Of a stretch of 57,011 nucleotides of DNA, positions 1-9,400 are shown piece by piece. Origin of the DNA: Kiritimatiellia bacterium (GTDB lineage Bacteria > Verrucomicrobiota > Kiritimatiellia > CAIQIC01 > Lenti-01). The position numbers and the translations under genes are program-made. The stretch lies in contig JAZQOP010000315.1 of assembly GCA_045627965.1 (NCBI GenBank), forward strand, positions 1 to 57,011, written 5' to 3'. Position 1 is the stretch's first letter; each line of letters starts with the position of its first letter. The notes under the pieces were generated by a model. It searched no databases. It saw nothing but the letters and a program-made list of their open reading frames with translations, and had not been told where the DNA came from.

Positions 1-3000
1 TGTCCGGTGTTGTTCCTTTTCCTTTCTTTTTTTTATCTTTCCTGGTGTCTTTTCCCCATGTCGACCTCCCACCCCCGCTACTCCCATACGCTCCCCCTGT
101 TCCGCCAATTCCCCCAGATCCTCCGCCGCCGACGCCAGACAAAGATGCAATAACGCCGCCCAAAGCAGTCGGATGATTGGTATCACAAGCCACTTTAATA
201 CTGAATGTTATATGTGAAAGTGCCCACTGGACATTTCCGTCTTTACAGACTGCGCAATACTTGCACAACGACGTTTCGATATCCTTGCAGACTTCATAGG
301 GGTCATCTGGGGGATCATCATCTGGCGGGCAATTATCTTTTGCCACTAATTTCCATTTTGGACACCCCCTTTCATCCTCCCCATTAGGCACCCATGATGC
401 GCACTGGGGATTAGGTTCAGGTTTTTCCTCGTCGTGGCACTCTTCAATACGTTCACAGTTATACTTTTCCCTTTCGTCATCCCATTTCAGTTCCTCGCAA
501 CATCTGCATTTTCCCGCATCGTCTTGCGGATCAAATGGATTTTTTTCTTCGTTTGTCCCTTTTGACTTGTACTCCTCTCCATCTTCCATGCCACCACCAT
601 CTGTGTCAGGATCCATTGGATTTGTTGATGTATAGGAATCCAATGGCGATGGCAATCCGTAATCGCCATCTCCCCCTTCGTATTTGTATTCCTCTCCGTT
701 TGTCATATCGTCATGGTCTGCATCGTCATCGGCATCCGCCTTCCACGGATTAAGGCCCTTGTAATTTTTACCCTTTGGCGGCACCATGTACATTACTTCG
801 AAGCCGTCAGGCATTTTATCCCCATCGATATCTGCCTCTAGCGGATGCGTACCAGCCAAGAATTCTTGCAAATTCGTTAGTCCGTCATCATCAAAGTCTT
901 GGTCAGCATCCGATGGATCCAGAGGATTCAAACCAGGTTTTCCTTCCTCCGCGACCGCATGGTATAAAGCTTCCCACATATTCGGCATGCCGTCGCCATC
1001 AAAATCCTGGTTGAGTATCACAGCCGTAAACTTCAAATGCTTGTTCGCTGCGTTAATGTAGCGCAGTCGAATGCCCACCTCACCCTGGTAGATGCCAGGC
1101 CCTGGATATTCATGTTGCAGCAGACGATTCAATTCAAAGCGGATATCAAATACCGTTGTTTTCCCCGACAGATCCAGCGTATACGGCTCATCCCCGTCGC
1201 CCCAGTCTAAGTAAAGTTCCATTGGCAGGTTTAGCCACTCATTGCCCAAGCCTGTCCAGGAGGGCAATGAAGCCTTGCGATTAGGCAGTACGATCCGTCG
1301 CAATGCTGGCTTAAAGGGAAGCGAAAATTGCGGCAGGCAAATTACAGGGGCCTCAAAGTCAAACCCTTCCAACTCGGGGAAATGGAAATTGATCCCTAGC
1401 CTCGTAAAATTAAGCTTCAGATTCGCCATATTTGCAAAAATTTGTGGCAGGCTCAGCCCCATGCTGAAATCTAGATTGGGGAACTTTAGACCCGCCAAAT
1501 CCAGATTAAATTCCCAGTCGGACCAGTCCTCAATGGCCGAAAAATCAAATGAAGGGAAGGTTAGTGGCCACGTACCACTAGGCCAGTTGAACTTCGGGAA
1601 CGATGGCGGCTCCCATCCTGAAAAGTCTGGCGGAAAACCTGGCCAACTGAATTTCGGGACCCAACCGAAAAGCGAACCCAAGTTGATATTTAGATCTGGG
1701 ATCAGCGGCTTGGGCCATCCAAATGCACCTTCCGCGCTTCCAAACGGCCATGAGAGTTTTGGCCACTCGAACGGTTTATCGCCGATCAACGGGCATTTCC
1801 ATGCCGTCCATTTAACTCCAAAAATTGAATCCAATATTGTTCCTTCAAAAGAAAGGAAATTTAATTCAGCCCCATAGTCTGTCCCCCATTCGAAATCGAA
1901 GTTCATCGTATCGATATTGGCATTAATCTTTGCAACTGCCTCAAACCAAGCCTTCCCATTCATTATATCTAATAGATTGATTTTTCCAGCAATAGCTTTT
2001 GCCTGAAAGGCCAATTTAGCTTCTGTACGGATTTTTGTGCTCCCTGTCACTCCCCCAGATAGTTCCCATTTATTCTTTCCGTCCCTAAAGCCGAGTTTTG
2101 GAGCATCAGGCCCGCTAACATGCCATCCGCCATCTATGTACTCGCCATAGCCAGGGTCTCGCCACACACGGACACGAGGCTCCCAGCGAAGTTCGGGATA
2201 ACTGTCCACTTCCGTCCCGACATTCCATGTCAAATCAACATCTAATTCATTTTCGATGGATGCGGTAAACCAAACGCCAACCACACTACAGTCCGCAATT
2301 GGCCAGGAAACATCTTTGCTCCCAAGCCCTATTTCCTTGTGAGCTGTTCCTGTTGCATTGGTGTGAACCTGAATATGCAACCCGAAAATGAAACTACGCT
2401 TCCACATTAATTCAAAGTGAATCCCTTGCTTCACCTCACTATAGAAAAGCATGGGGTGAAAGGTCCCTTCGGAAGTGTCAAAGGATACGTCTATAGTCGC
2501 ATTTTTATCCTTGGATTTCCAGACATTGACCTCAATGCCATCCCCAGCCCTAGACGATGCTCTATGCTGTAAGCCTGGCTCCTCTCCATCTGGAGAAAGG
2601 ATGTCCCCAGTAGGAACCAGCTGGAATGAAGAAAAGACATCTTTGACGTCCGTCACTTCCACTGTTTCCAATTGCCAGATATCTTCGGACCTTGAGCTCG
2701 AAACGACTTTTACAAGTGGAGGCCCCTGGTTAATTTCATTGTCAATGATAAACACTGTTCCTAGGGCAATCGGCTGCGACGGATTATCCAGCAACTGTCG
2801 CACAAGCAACTCCTGATTGGAGGCACCAGCGACCAAACTCACATACTCATAGTCCGTATTAGTGGGGCCTAAGATAATGACGTTGTCTCGCATAACCGGT
2901 GCGACAGGCTCAATAACCTCCACTCCATTGTTCAAGCGATATACGTTTGTTGTTCCATCTGACAATGTTGCCTTTAGCTCTATATCGTAGACGCCATTTG

Positions 3001-6000
3001 TCTCATATGTGTAGCGCGCATTCCGGTTTGTGCCGTCAACAACACCGTCTCCATTGAAATCCCATTCCCATTTCTCTACATCGCTTGGAATCCGGGTTTC
3101 ATCGAGATAGTCGATTTCGACGCGCAGCGGATAGGCTCCGAAATATGGCCAGGCAGCAAAGAAACAGCCTTCTTCAAACTCCAATTCCACTGTTTGTTCT
3201 GATCCACTTGCCACAACGACGGGGGCATTCGAAGTTGCCAATCTCCATTTTACATCTTCCGAATCAAAAAGGTACGTTCCCGCAGGCAAACCTTTGAATT
3301 CCAGGTGACCATCTTCATCACTCATCGCTCGATCCGGCATCAAGCCATGTTCCATATCATATGCTACGACCCATATCCCCGCAATAGGGGCTTCCGTCAG
3401 GGCCATTTTTGCCGTCGCATGCACAATGCCACCATGTGGCATTTCTAATGCCACCTCTGTATCGGATAGCAGCTCCACCTCTGTCGTGGGACTCTTGGCA
3501 AAACCTTGGTGGGCTAAAGCCTGTACTTCATATTCGCCCTCTCGCAAATTAGGAAAAGACCAGCGCCCTGCCGCGTCAGTTTCGGTTTTATCCCATCTAG
3601 ATGCCGATTTTAGTTGTACCGTCACCCCCGCCAACGGCATCCCCTCTCCTGTCACTTGCCCACTCAGGCAATAGTACAGTTCTTCCACATGGACGATACA
3701 ACCTGACAAGATCGGATTGCTCATGTCTTCAAAACAAACTTCATCTGCCGATTCTAGGCCAACTTCATCCGAATTGAATAAAAACGTACTCCCAACAGGA
3801 AGCCCCTCAAAGACAAAACTTCCATCAGGTCCCGTTATCGCCGTCCCAAACTTCTCCCATCGCATCACCCCCGCTGTTGTACTCTGACCACGGGTCCCTC
3901 GAATAACCAACTTTTTACCCGCAACCGGAGTCTCTGTCCCTGTCATCAACAAATATCCTTCTATTCTTCCCGACATCATTTCCGGATTACCAATTGGTAT
4001 ATTTTCGTTCTTTAATGCAAAAGCTCTTTCCGCCTGCTCATATGACTGGCGTTTGGCATCATCTTGGGCCGTTTGCATGTTTTGATAGGCAATAGCAGAA
4101 CGCTCATCCCTTGTTGTTACACGGACATTCACCCCTTGCATCGCTTGGAAGAAGAACGACAGCTGGCCCCTCTCTCCAGCTTTTAGCACGCACTCGGGCT
4201 CTGTCGGCGAAAAACCGCGCAAGAGGAGAGTTGACGAGACGAACGGCCCATCTGGTGACAACGACAGTACGGTTCCCCCCTCGTCCCCCGCACTCACGAC
4301 GAATTCCGGCAGCCACATGTCAGCATCCCCCTCGTTGGCATAAATTACAATACCTTCATATGTCACCCCCGCATGAAATTGCACGGGCATCATTGTCACC
4401 GTTCGTAGCACAGCCCCCGTCTCCGGCACACTGACAGAAATGGTTCCTTCCATCCACGCGGTTGTCAAGCCGTCGCTGATTCCAAATCGATATGTCCCAG
4501 CCATTGCCTCATGCAGATCAAAAATCGCATGTCGCCGCACAGGTCCTACCCCCCCGAGGACAGCTTCATATCGTTCATTCGTTCCTTCCCGCTGTAAAAC
4601 ACCTGCCACCCCGGTGGCCAAACCAATTCCATCCACTGTTATCGACGTATTTGTCGAAAGTGTTATTTCCTGCCGATCTGTCCCAAAAATCTGCATTCCG
4701 GCCCCCATTCCCTGCAACAATAAATTCGCATTTTCGTTCCCTGTATTTTTCAGTACCAAATACGCTTCTGTAGCGCTTGCTGACTTAGGCATCCACAGCC
4801 AAATAGCTCCATCTTCGCCCCGAATATTCTCCCAGGAATACGCCTCTGTCGGGATTCCGTGATATGCTCCCGTTGCGGTCCAATTCACGCCCACCCCGCT
4901 AACTTTCAAAGCCTGTTCATCTGTCCCCACTCCCGTCACAGCGTACACAAGAGCTTCATCAGCAGGGATTTCCACAGCCAATGAGCTCGCTACATCCCAA
5001 ACATCAGCCTTTGTTGTTAGGGTTTTGCCGCTTAGATTTTCATTTGGCTCCACTGCATCCAGTTTTTCCAATACACCTCCGTCAGCATTGGCCACAACTT
5101 TCACTTCCCATATCCGATCAGCGACAGGAGGCACAACAACCGTTGCCGAACATAGCATCTCTTCACCACCCCCGATTGTACCCGTATGTTCTACCTCGCC
5201 CAATGATACAGCTGCCCCATATGTTGGCACCAAACTCAAAGCATCCCGCCATGTTCCAGAAAATGCATCGCTGCCCGCATTCACCAGAGTCCACGTTACC
5301 GTCAGAGCATCTCCTGTCTTTGCTTCCGCAGGCTCCATCTGGATATCCCATACAAATATATCCACATCCGCTTCTGTGTACGTGGGCTGCCATTCATGCA
5401 AGCCAATGTCTGGGTAGATTCCCAAAGAATCCGCCGTTCCCGTCGGTGTGACATGCGGAGCATTGGTGCGTCCATTTTCGAACGCATCTACTGTTGCCCC
5501 AGCGACTGCATCCCCCGCATCAATCAACCCACTATACTTCGCAAGGCGAAAATCATAGTTTTCAGGATCAATAAAACACGGAGCCACTTCCAACTTCCTA
5601 TTCGCCTCCAACGGACTTGCGGAAACCATAATTCCTCGTTGTGAATAGAAATTGCATCGTTCAAATGTAACCATGCCGTCAAGATAAGTCGCGCCATACG
5701 TCCGGTAGTCACTGATGTCACAATTATAGAAGACACCATCCCCGCCACCTTGGTATACGCCCAACTCGCAGCAATCGATTACACAGTGTGTAAATTGGGC
5801 ATGGGATGCTCCTTTGACACCTGGCTCATCCAGATATACAGCCGCAATCTCTGTGTCGTATATCGCGCTGTTTGTCATCCATAGTTCACCATTATTCCAA
5901 ATGCCGATACCCGTTGAATGAGCCAGCAAGCTTCGGTCCATGTGTACAACACCTCCGCTACAGACAGTCAATAATCCTTGAGTATCCGTCCCGCCATATA

Positions 6001-6397
6001 GCAATTCTGCGTGGTGAAAATTCGCGGTCCCCGCTACGCTCACCCCTTCCCATGTTCCCGTTACAGCATCTTCCCCAATGGTCCGATATGTATATGATGC
6101 CGTGAATTTCACGGGGGCCGTTGCTGTCCCGTTCACCTCTAGCGTCCCCCCTCCCTGGACATACAAAGACGCACCATCTTCCAGCTTTACAACTGTCCCC
6201 GCAGCAATTGTCAAACTCGTTCCATTTCCAACAGTCACAGGCCCCGTTACAACAACAATCGATCCCGCGGGCCAGGTTCCCTCCACAAAATCAGGGTTTC
6301 CACCGCCGTTGCCGACACGGATGATTTCATCCGCCATTGCTAAGCAGGCGATAGTGCAGGCGCAGATCCAAATCGTCAGCTGTTTCATCGTTTTCAT
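1..6397 (-). CDS. Large secreted multidomain surface protein, 3' end cut by the window edge (2,132 codons visible). Order: signal peptide, right-handed beta-helix, CARDB-like domain, three carboxypeptidase-regulatory-like domains, PKD-like domain, Trp/Phe/Pro-rich region, acidic TSP3-like repeats, Cys-rich and Gly/Lys-rich tail.
   Basis: Not in the supplied ORF track because it has no in-window stop. I hand-translated the minus frame that shares phase with the giant ORF. It starts at ATG 6397..6395 (MKTMKQLTIWICACTIACLAMA/DEII), with GGAG 9 nt upstream. I checked codon by codon at 2-310, 482-1081, 1562-1621, 4082-4141, 5642-5701 and 6300-6397 and found no stops. A quicker read of the remainder was also open. 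No listed minus-strand ORF uses this phase between 1 and 6412. Confidence 0.8.
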   Translation of the reverse strand, partial: MKTMKQLTIWICACTIACLAMADEIIRVGNGGGNPDFVEGTWPAGSIVVVTGPVTVGNGTSLTIAAGTVVKLEDGASLYVQGGGTLEVNGTATAPVKFTASYTYRTIGEDAVTGTWEGVSVAGTANFHHAELLYGGTDTQGLLTVCSGGVVHMDRSLLAHSTGIGIWNNGELWMTNSAIYDTEIAAVYLDEPGVKGASHAQFTHCVIDCCELGVYQGGGDGVFYNCDISDYRTYGATYLDGMVTFERCNFYSQRGIMVSASPLEANRKLEVAPCFIDPENYDFRLAKYSGLIDAGDAVAGATVDAFENGRTNAPHVTPTGTADSLGIYPDIGLHEWQPTYTEADVDIFVWDIQMEPAEAKTGDALTVTWTLVNAGSDAFSGTWRDALSLVPTYGAAVSLGEVEHTGTIGGGEEMLCSATVVVPPVADRIWEVKVVANADGGVLEKLDAVEPNENLSGKTLTTKADVWDVASSLAVEIPADEALVYAVTGVGTDEQALKVSGVGVNWTATGAYHGIPTEAYSWENIRGEDGAIWLWMPKSASATEAYLVLKNTGNENANLLLQGMGAGMQIFGTDRQEITLSTNTSITVDGIGLATGVAGVLQREGTNERYEAVLGGVGPVRRHAIFDLHEAMAGTYRFGISDGLTTAWMEGTISVSVPETGAVLRTVTMMPVQFHAGVTYEGIVIYANEGDADMWLPEFVVSAGDEGGTVLSLSPDGPFVSSTLLLRGFSPTEPECVLKAGERGQLSFFFQAMQGVNVRVTTRDERSAIAYQNMQTAQDDAKRQSYEQAERAFALKNENIPIGNPEMMSGRIEGYLLMTGTETPVAGKKLVIRGTRGQSTTAGVMRWEKFGTAITGPDGSFVFEGLPVGSTFLFNSDEVGLESADEVCFEDMSNPILSGCIVHVEELYYCLSGQVTGEGMPLAGVTVQLKSASRWDKTETDAAGRWSFPNLREGEYEVQALAHQGFAKSPTTEVELLSDTEVALEMPHGGIVHATAKMALTEAPIAGIWVVAYDMEHGLMPDRAMSDEDGHLEFKGLPAGTYLFDSEDVKWRLATSNAPVVVASGSEQTVELEFEEGCFFAAWPYFGAYPLRVEIDYLDETRIPSDVEKWEWDFNGDGVVDGTNRNARYTYETNGVYDIELKATLSDGTTNVYRLNNGVEVIEPVAPVMRDNVIILGPTNTDYEYVSLVAGASNQELLVRQLLDNPSQPIALGTVFIIDNEINQGPPLVKVVSSSRSEDIWQLETVEVTDVKDVFSSFQLVPTGDILSPDGEEPGLQHRASSRAGDGIEVNVWKSKDKNATIDVSFDTSEGTFHPMLFYSEVKQGIHFELMWKRSFIFGLHIQVHTNATGTAHKEIGLGSKDVSWPIADCSVVGVWFTASIENELDVDLTWNVGTEVDSYPELRWEPRVRVWRDPGYGEYIDGGWHVSGPDAPKLGFRDGKNKWELSGGVTGSTKIRTEAKLAFQAKAIAGKINLLDIMNGKAWFEAVAKINANIDTMNFDFEWGTDYGAELNFLSFEGTILDSIFGVKWTAWKCPLIGDKPFEWPKLSWPFGSAEGAFGWPKPLIPDLNINLGSLFGWVPKFSWPGFPPDFSGWEPPSFPKFNWPSGTWPLTFPSFDFSAIEDWSDWEFNLDLAGLKFPNLDFSMGLSLPQIFANMANLKLNFTRLGINFHFPELEGFDFEAPVICLPQFSLPFKPALRRIVLPNRKASLPSWTGLGNEWLNLPMELYLDWGDGDEPYTLDLSGKTTVFDIRFELNRLLQHEYPGPGIYQGEVGIRLRYINAANKHLKFTAVILNQDFDGDGMPNMWEALYHAVAEEGKPGLNPLDPSDADQDFDDDGLTNLQEFLAGTHPLEADIDGDKMPDGFEVMYMVPPKGKNYKGLNPWKADADDDADHDDMTNGEEYKYEGGDGDYGLPSPLDSYTSTNPMDPDTDGGGMEDGEEYKSKGTNEEKNPFDPQDDAGKCRCCEELKWDDEREKYNCERIEECHDEEKPEPNPQCASWVPNGEDERGCPKWKLVAKDNCPPDDDPPDDPYEVCKDIETSLCKYCAVCKDGNVQWALSHITFSIKVACDTNHPTALGGVIASLSGVGGGGSGGIGGTGGAYGSSGGGRSTWGKDTRKDKKKKGKGTTPD
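540..1010 (-). repeat. Acidic D-x-D-x-D-G / thrombospondin-type-3-like putative calcium-binding repeats inside CDS 1..6397
   Basis: Hand translation gives DFDGDGMPNMWE, GLNPLDPSDADQDFDDDGLTNLQEFLAGTHPLEADIDGDKMPDGFE, NPWKADADDDADHDDMTNGEEY, NPMDPDTDGGGMEDGEEY and NPFDPQDD. Confidence 0.6.
1240..1800 (-). other. Trp/Phe/Pro-rich low-complexity segment with no family I recognise
   Basis: Translation reads FEWPKLSWPFGSAEGAFGWPKPLIPDLNINLGSLFGWVPKFSWPGFPPDFSGWEPPSFPKFNWPSGTWPLTFPSFDFSAIEDWSDWEF. Part of it (1562-1621) was verified codon by codon. Confidence 0.5.
2900..3100 (-). other. PKD-like domain inside CDS 1..6397
   Basis: WEWDFNGDGVVDGTNRNARYTYETNGVYDIELKATLSDG fits the WDFGDG...Y.Y...G.Y.V.L.V.D pattern of PKD domains. 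Confidence 0.55.
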
Positions 6398-6412
6398 CGT
6401 TGCATTCTCCGA

Positions 6413-9400
6413 TTAGTATCCAATCCTCGTCACTCGGAACGGCACTGTAACCGCCTCCTTCGCCTCGATTTGCGAAGGCGGCGCTCGCATCAGTTCATAG
6501 TGGAACTGGGTGCTGTTCTCCGGCATGGCCAAACTCACCTCATCCGCCCGCACCAAACCATGGTTTTCCAAGCGGAATTCACCATAATAGGTTTCGCCGA
6601 TCTTCATGTCCGGCAGTTCAATCAATGTCGGCGTCACCGTTACCACAGGGAATGGCACGTCTGTCTTGAATGTCATCTCGACGTTGATCATATATTCGTC
6701 AGTAAGGGTTGTTTCCGTGACGATAAAATCGACCTCGACGAGATTCAGGTTCAGGTGGACGCTTTGGACCTGCGTGGCGCCCGGCTGGATCCAGATGCGG
6801 CCGGTGGACTGCTCGTGGTCCGAGGCCTGGACCGTGTAGCGATAGGAGCCTTCGGGCAGGTCGCGGAAGAAGGCTTCGCCCTGGGCATCCGACGTCAAAT
6901 TGGTCGTCAGGTAGGAATCTTCGCGCTGCAGACGGATCAATGCGCCCGCCAAGCCTTCCGTAATCGTCCCGCCCAGGCCGATCGTCCCCGTATAAAGGTC
7001 AGTGACCTTGAACTGGGCGGCGCCGGTCGATGCCGTGCTGACATGGACGAACACGCGCACCTGGCGATCCGTATGGTTATCCGCCGTGAACGCCAGATGG
7101 AACTCGTAGGTTCCCTCCGCGACTTCGACCGATGGCGCGAAGCTGACGAGGACCTGGCGGCGTTCGTCAGGCTCCAGATCGCCCAGCGTCGTCGACGTAA
7201 GCATGCCCGCCCATGCCGGTGCGGCCGAGCCATCTGCGGCAGTCAGCGCCACCTGCGTCCCGCGCAGCGTCGTAAAGCCGCTGTTCCAAAATTCCAGCGA
7301 CGCCTGGACCGAACCACCGACTGTCACGCCGACCTCCGGCGTGGAAGGAGTCCAATTCATGGACGCCTCCGCATTCACGAAGCGGCACGTCACCGGCACC
7401 GTTCCCCAACCATCGGCCGGCCCGTTTTCACTGATGACCCGCAAGATGATCGTCCCTGTTTCGGGCGCATTCATGCCCGGCGTCACCGTGAACGGCAGGG
7501 AGCCGCTTGCGTTGGCCGCCACGCGGGCCAGGACCATATCGCTACGAACCGAGACGTTTTCCATCAGGGCACCGCCCGGCTGATCTTCGGCAAGGATGGC
7601 CAGCGCCGCGTTCGTCAAGGCGAAGTCCGGCCCCACCTTCACGCTTGCCTTTAGTTCGCGCGACTGGCCCCGTCGTTCCGTCAGCGAGAAGAACGCCGGC
7701 GAGACGTCAGCCGTTGCCACTTGGAACTGCAACTGTTCGGGACGCGCGGTCACGCTCGGATGAATGGCAGAAACCGAATAGATGCCCCCGGCCCCCGGCA
7801 GATATTCCATCGACCAGGCGCCGTGGACATCCGTCATGACGGTCTGCTCGGACTCAAAGCCATTCAGCATGACCACGACCTTTACGGGTACGTTCCCCTG
7901 GCCGGCACCGGTGTTGCGGTTAAAGGCCATCCCGCGAATCGTAAAATTCGTCGGTCCGAAGGAGAACTCCGGCGCCACCTCTGTTGCCTCGACGCGATAG
8001 ATTGTTTCATGCAAGGTCACCTCCTTGCTCGCGGAAAGACCTGCCATGTCGGCTTCGTCCGCCCAGCCCAGGTGATAATGGATCTGCCCGATTTCCACGA
8101 CCAGCCACACCTTGTCCGGCGAACCGGCGGGCACCGACAGCGGGATGTTCGCCGACTGGAAGGTGTTGCCGGACGGAACGCGGGCGACCGTCCGCCCATC
8201 CGAGAGGGTGCTCACGTTGCTCCCCGTGCGTTCCTGGCACCATGCGCGGGCCAGGACCATCCCATCCTCGTTCTCCAGCCGCACCTCAATCTCGCCGGCC
8301 GTTCCATTAGCCCCGGCCGTAACGATTTCGACCTCTTCCGCACTCGTGTTCCGCAGACGGAAACGAACCGACGATTCACCGCCGCGCAACAGTTCGGCGT
8401 TCAGGACCTCAAGCGATAGCTGGGCCGCGCCGAGGCTGATTTCATCCGAGGATTCGATCTCCATTTCACCGGCCCCCATGGTTCCGGTCAGGCGGTTCGT
8501 CAAGACGGTGACGAGCACATTCGTGCCCTCCTCGTGTCCGCCGACCATGACGGACACCTCGGTACTTCCTCCTGCCGGTACGACGAACATGGAGCTTTCC
8601 AATGTTTCGCCGTTTGCCGCCACATTCAGCTTCAGGCCGCTCACGTCCTGCGTTCCCGTATTTGTCACGTCATACCACAAGCGATTCATGACGCCGCTGT
8701 ACCAGGTCTGGTTTGTCCGCAACGTGGCCGACACCGCCGGCAGCCACATCTCACGCGCGACGCTTTCATTCCCGTTCCCCGGATCGATTGCCGTCACGCT
8801 GTATGTCCGCTCGCCCTGCGCCGCCGTGTAGCCCACATCCGTGAACGACGTGGTCATGGTGTCCAGCGTGGCCAGCAAGGCCTCCACATCGCCGCTGCCG
8901 CCGTAGACGTTGAAGCCACCGATGTTGCCCGGTTCCGAATGCGTCCAGGACAGGACCGGGGCGTTTGTCCCGACCACCTGCGCCTTCAGGCTGCTAACAG
9001 GCAGGAGAGCCAGGTTCGTGTAGGCGCAGGGCGACAATCCGCTCACGTTCCCTACCGAGTCGCGAGCCCTGACCTGGTAGTAGACCGGCCCCTGCGGTGG
9101 ATTCTTGTCCACCGCCGCCGGCAACGTCGCACGCGTCTCGATGGCCACAAGCGACGAGATATCCTCGGCACAGGCCTCGCCGCGATAGATTTCATAATAG
9201 AGCGCATCGACGGGCGCCCAGGCCATGTAGAGGCCGCTGCCCGTCAGGATCAGCTCGGGCGCTTCGGGGACATCGGGCGGCGTCGCATCGCTGACCACGC
9301 GCACCACGTTCCCGACCGCGCCTGTGGAAACCTGGCCATTTGCCGTCCGCAGGCTTGCCACCGCATAGTAGTTCGTCGCATCGCCAGCCATCTCCTCCCA

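Noticed and set aside
1242-1877. A 211-aa + strand ORF, the longest listed ORF in the AT-rich left region
   Set aside because: It is antisense to the verified open minus frame (the Trp/Phe/Pro-rich segment). It has no start context or motifs of its own.
6413-6850. Reading the AT-rich 3' end of the giant gene plus the downstream gene as a polymorphic toxin C-terminal domain with its immunity gene
   Set aside because: The terminal ~130 aa look like an Ig/CARDB-type sandwich (IGETYYGEFRLENHGLVRADEVSL) rather than a toxin domain. There is no pre-toxin demarcation motif. The downstream gene is a >=2,132-aa secreted protein, not a small cytoplasmic immunity protein.
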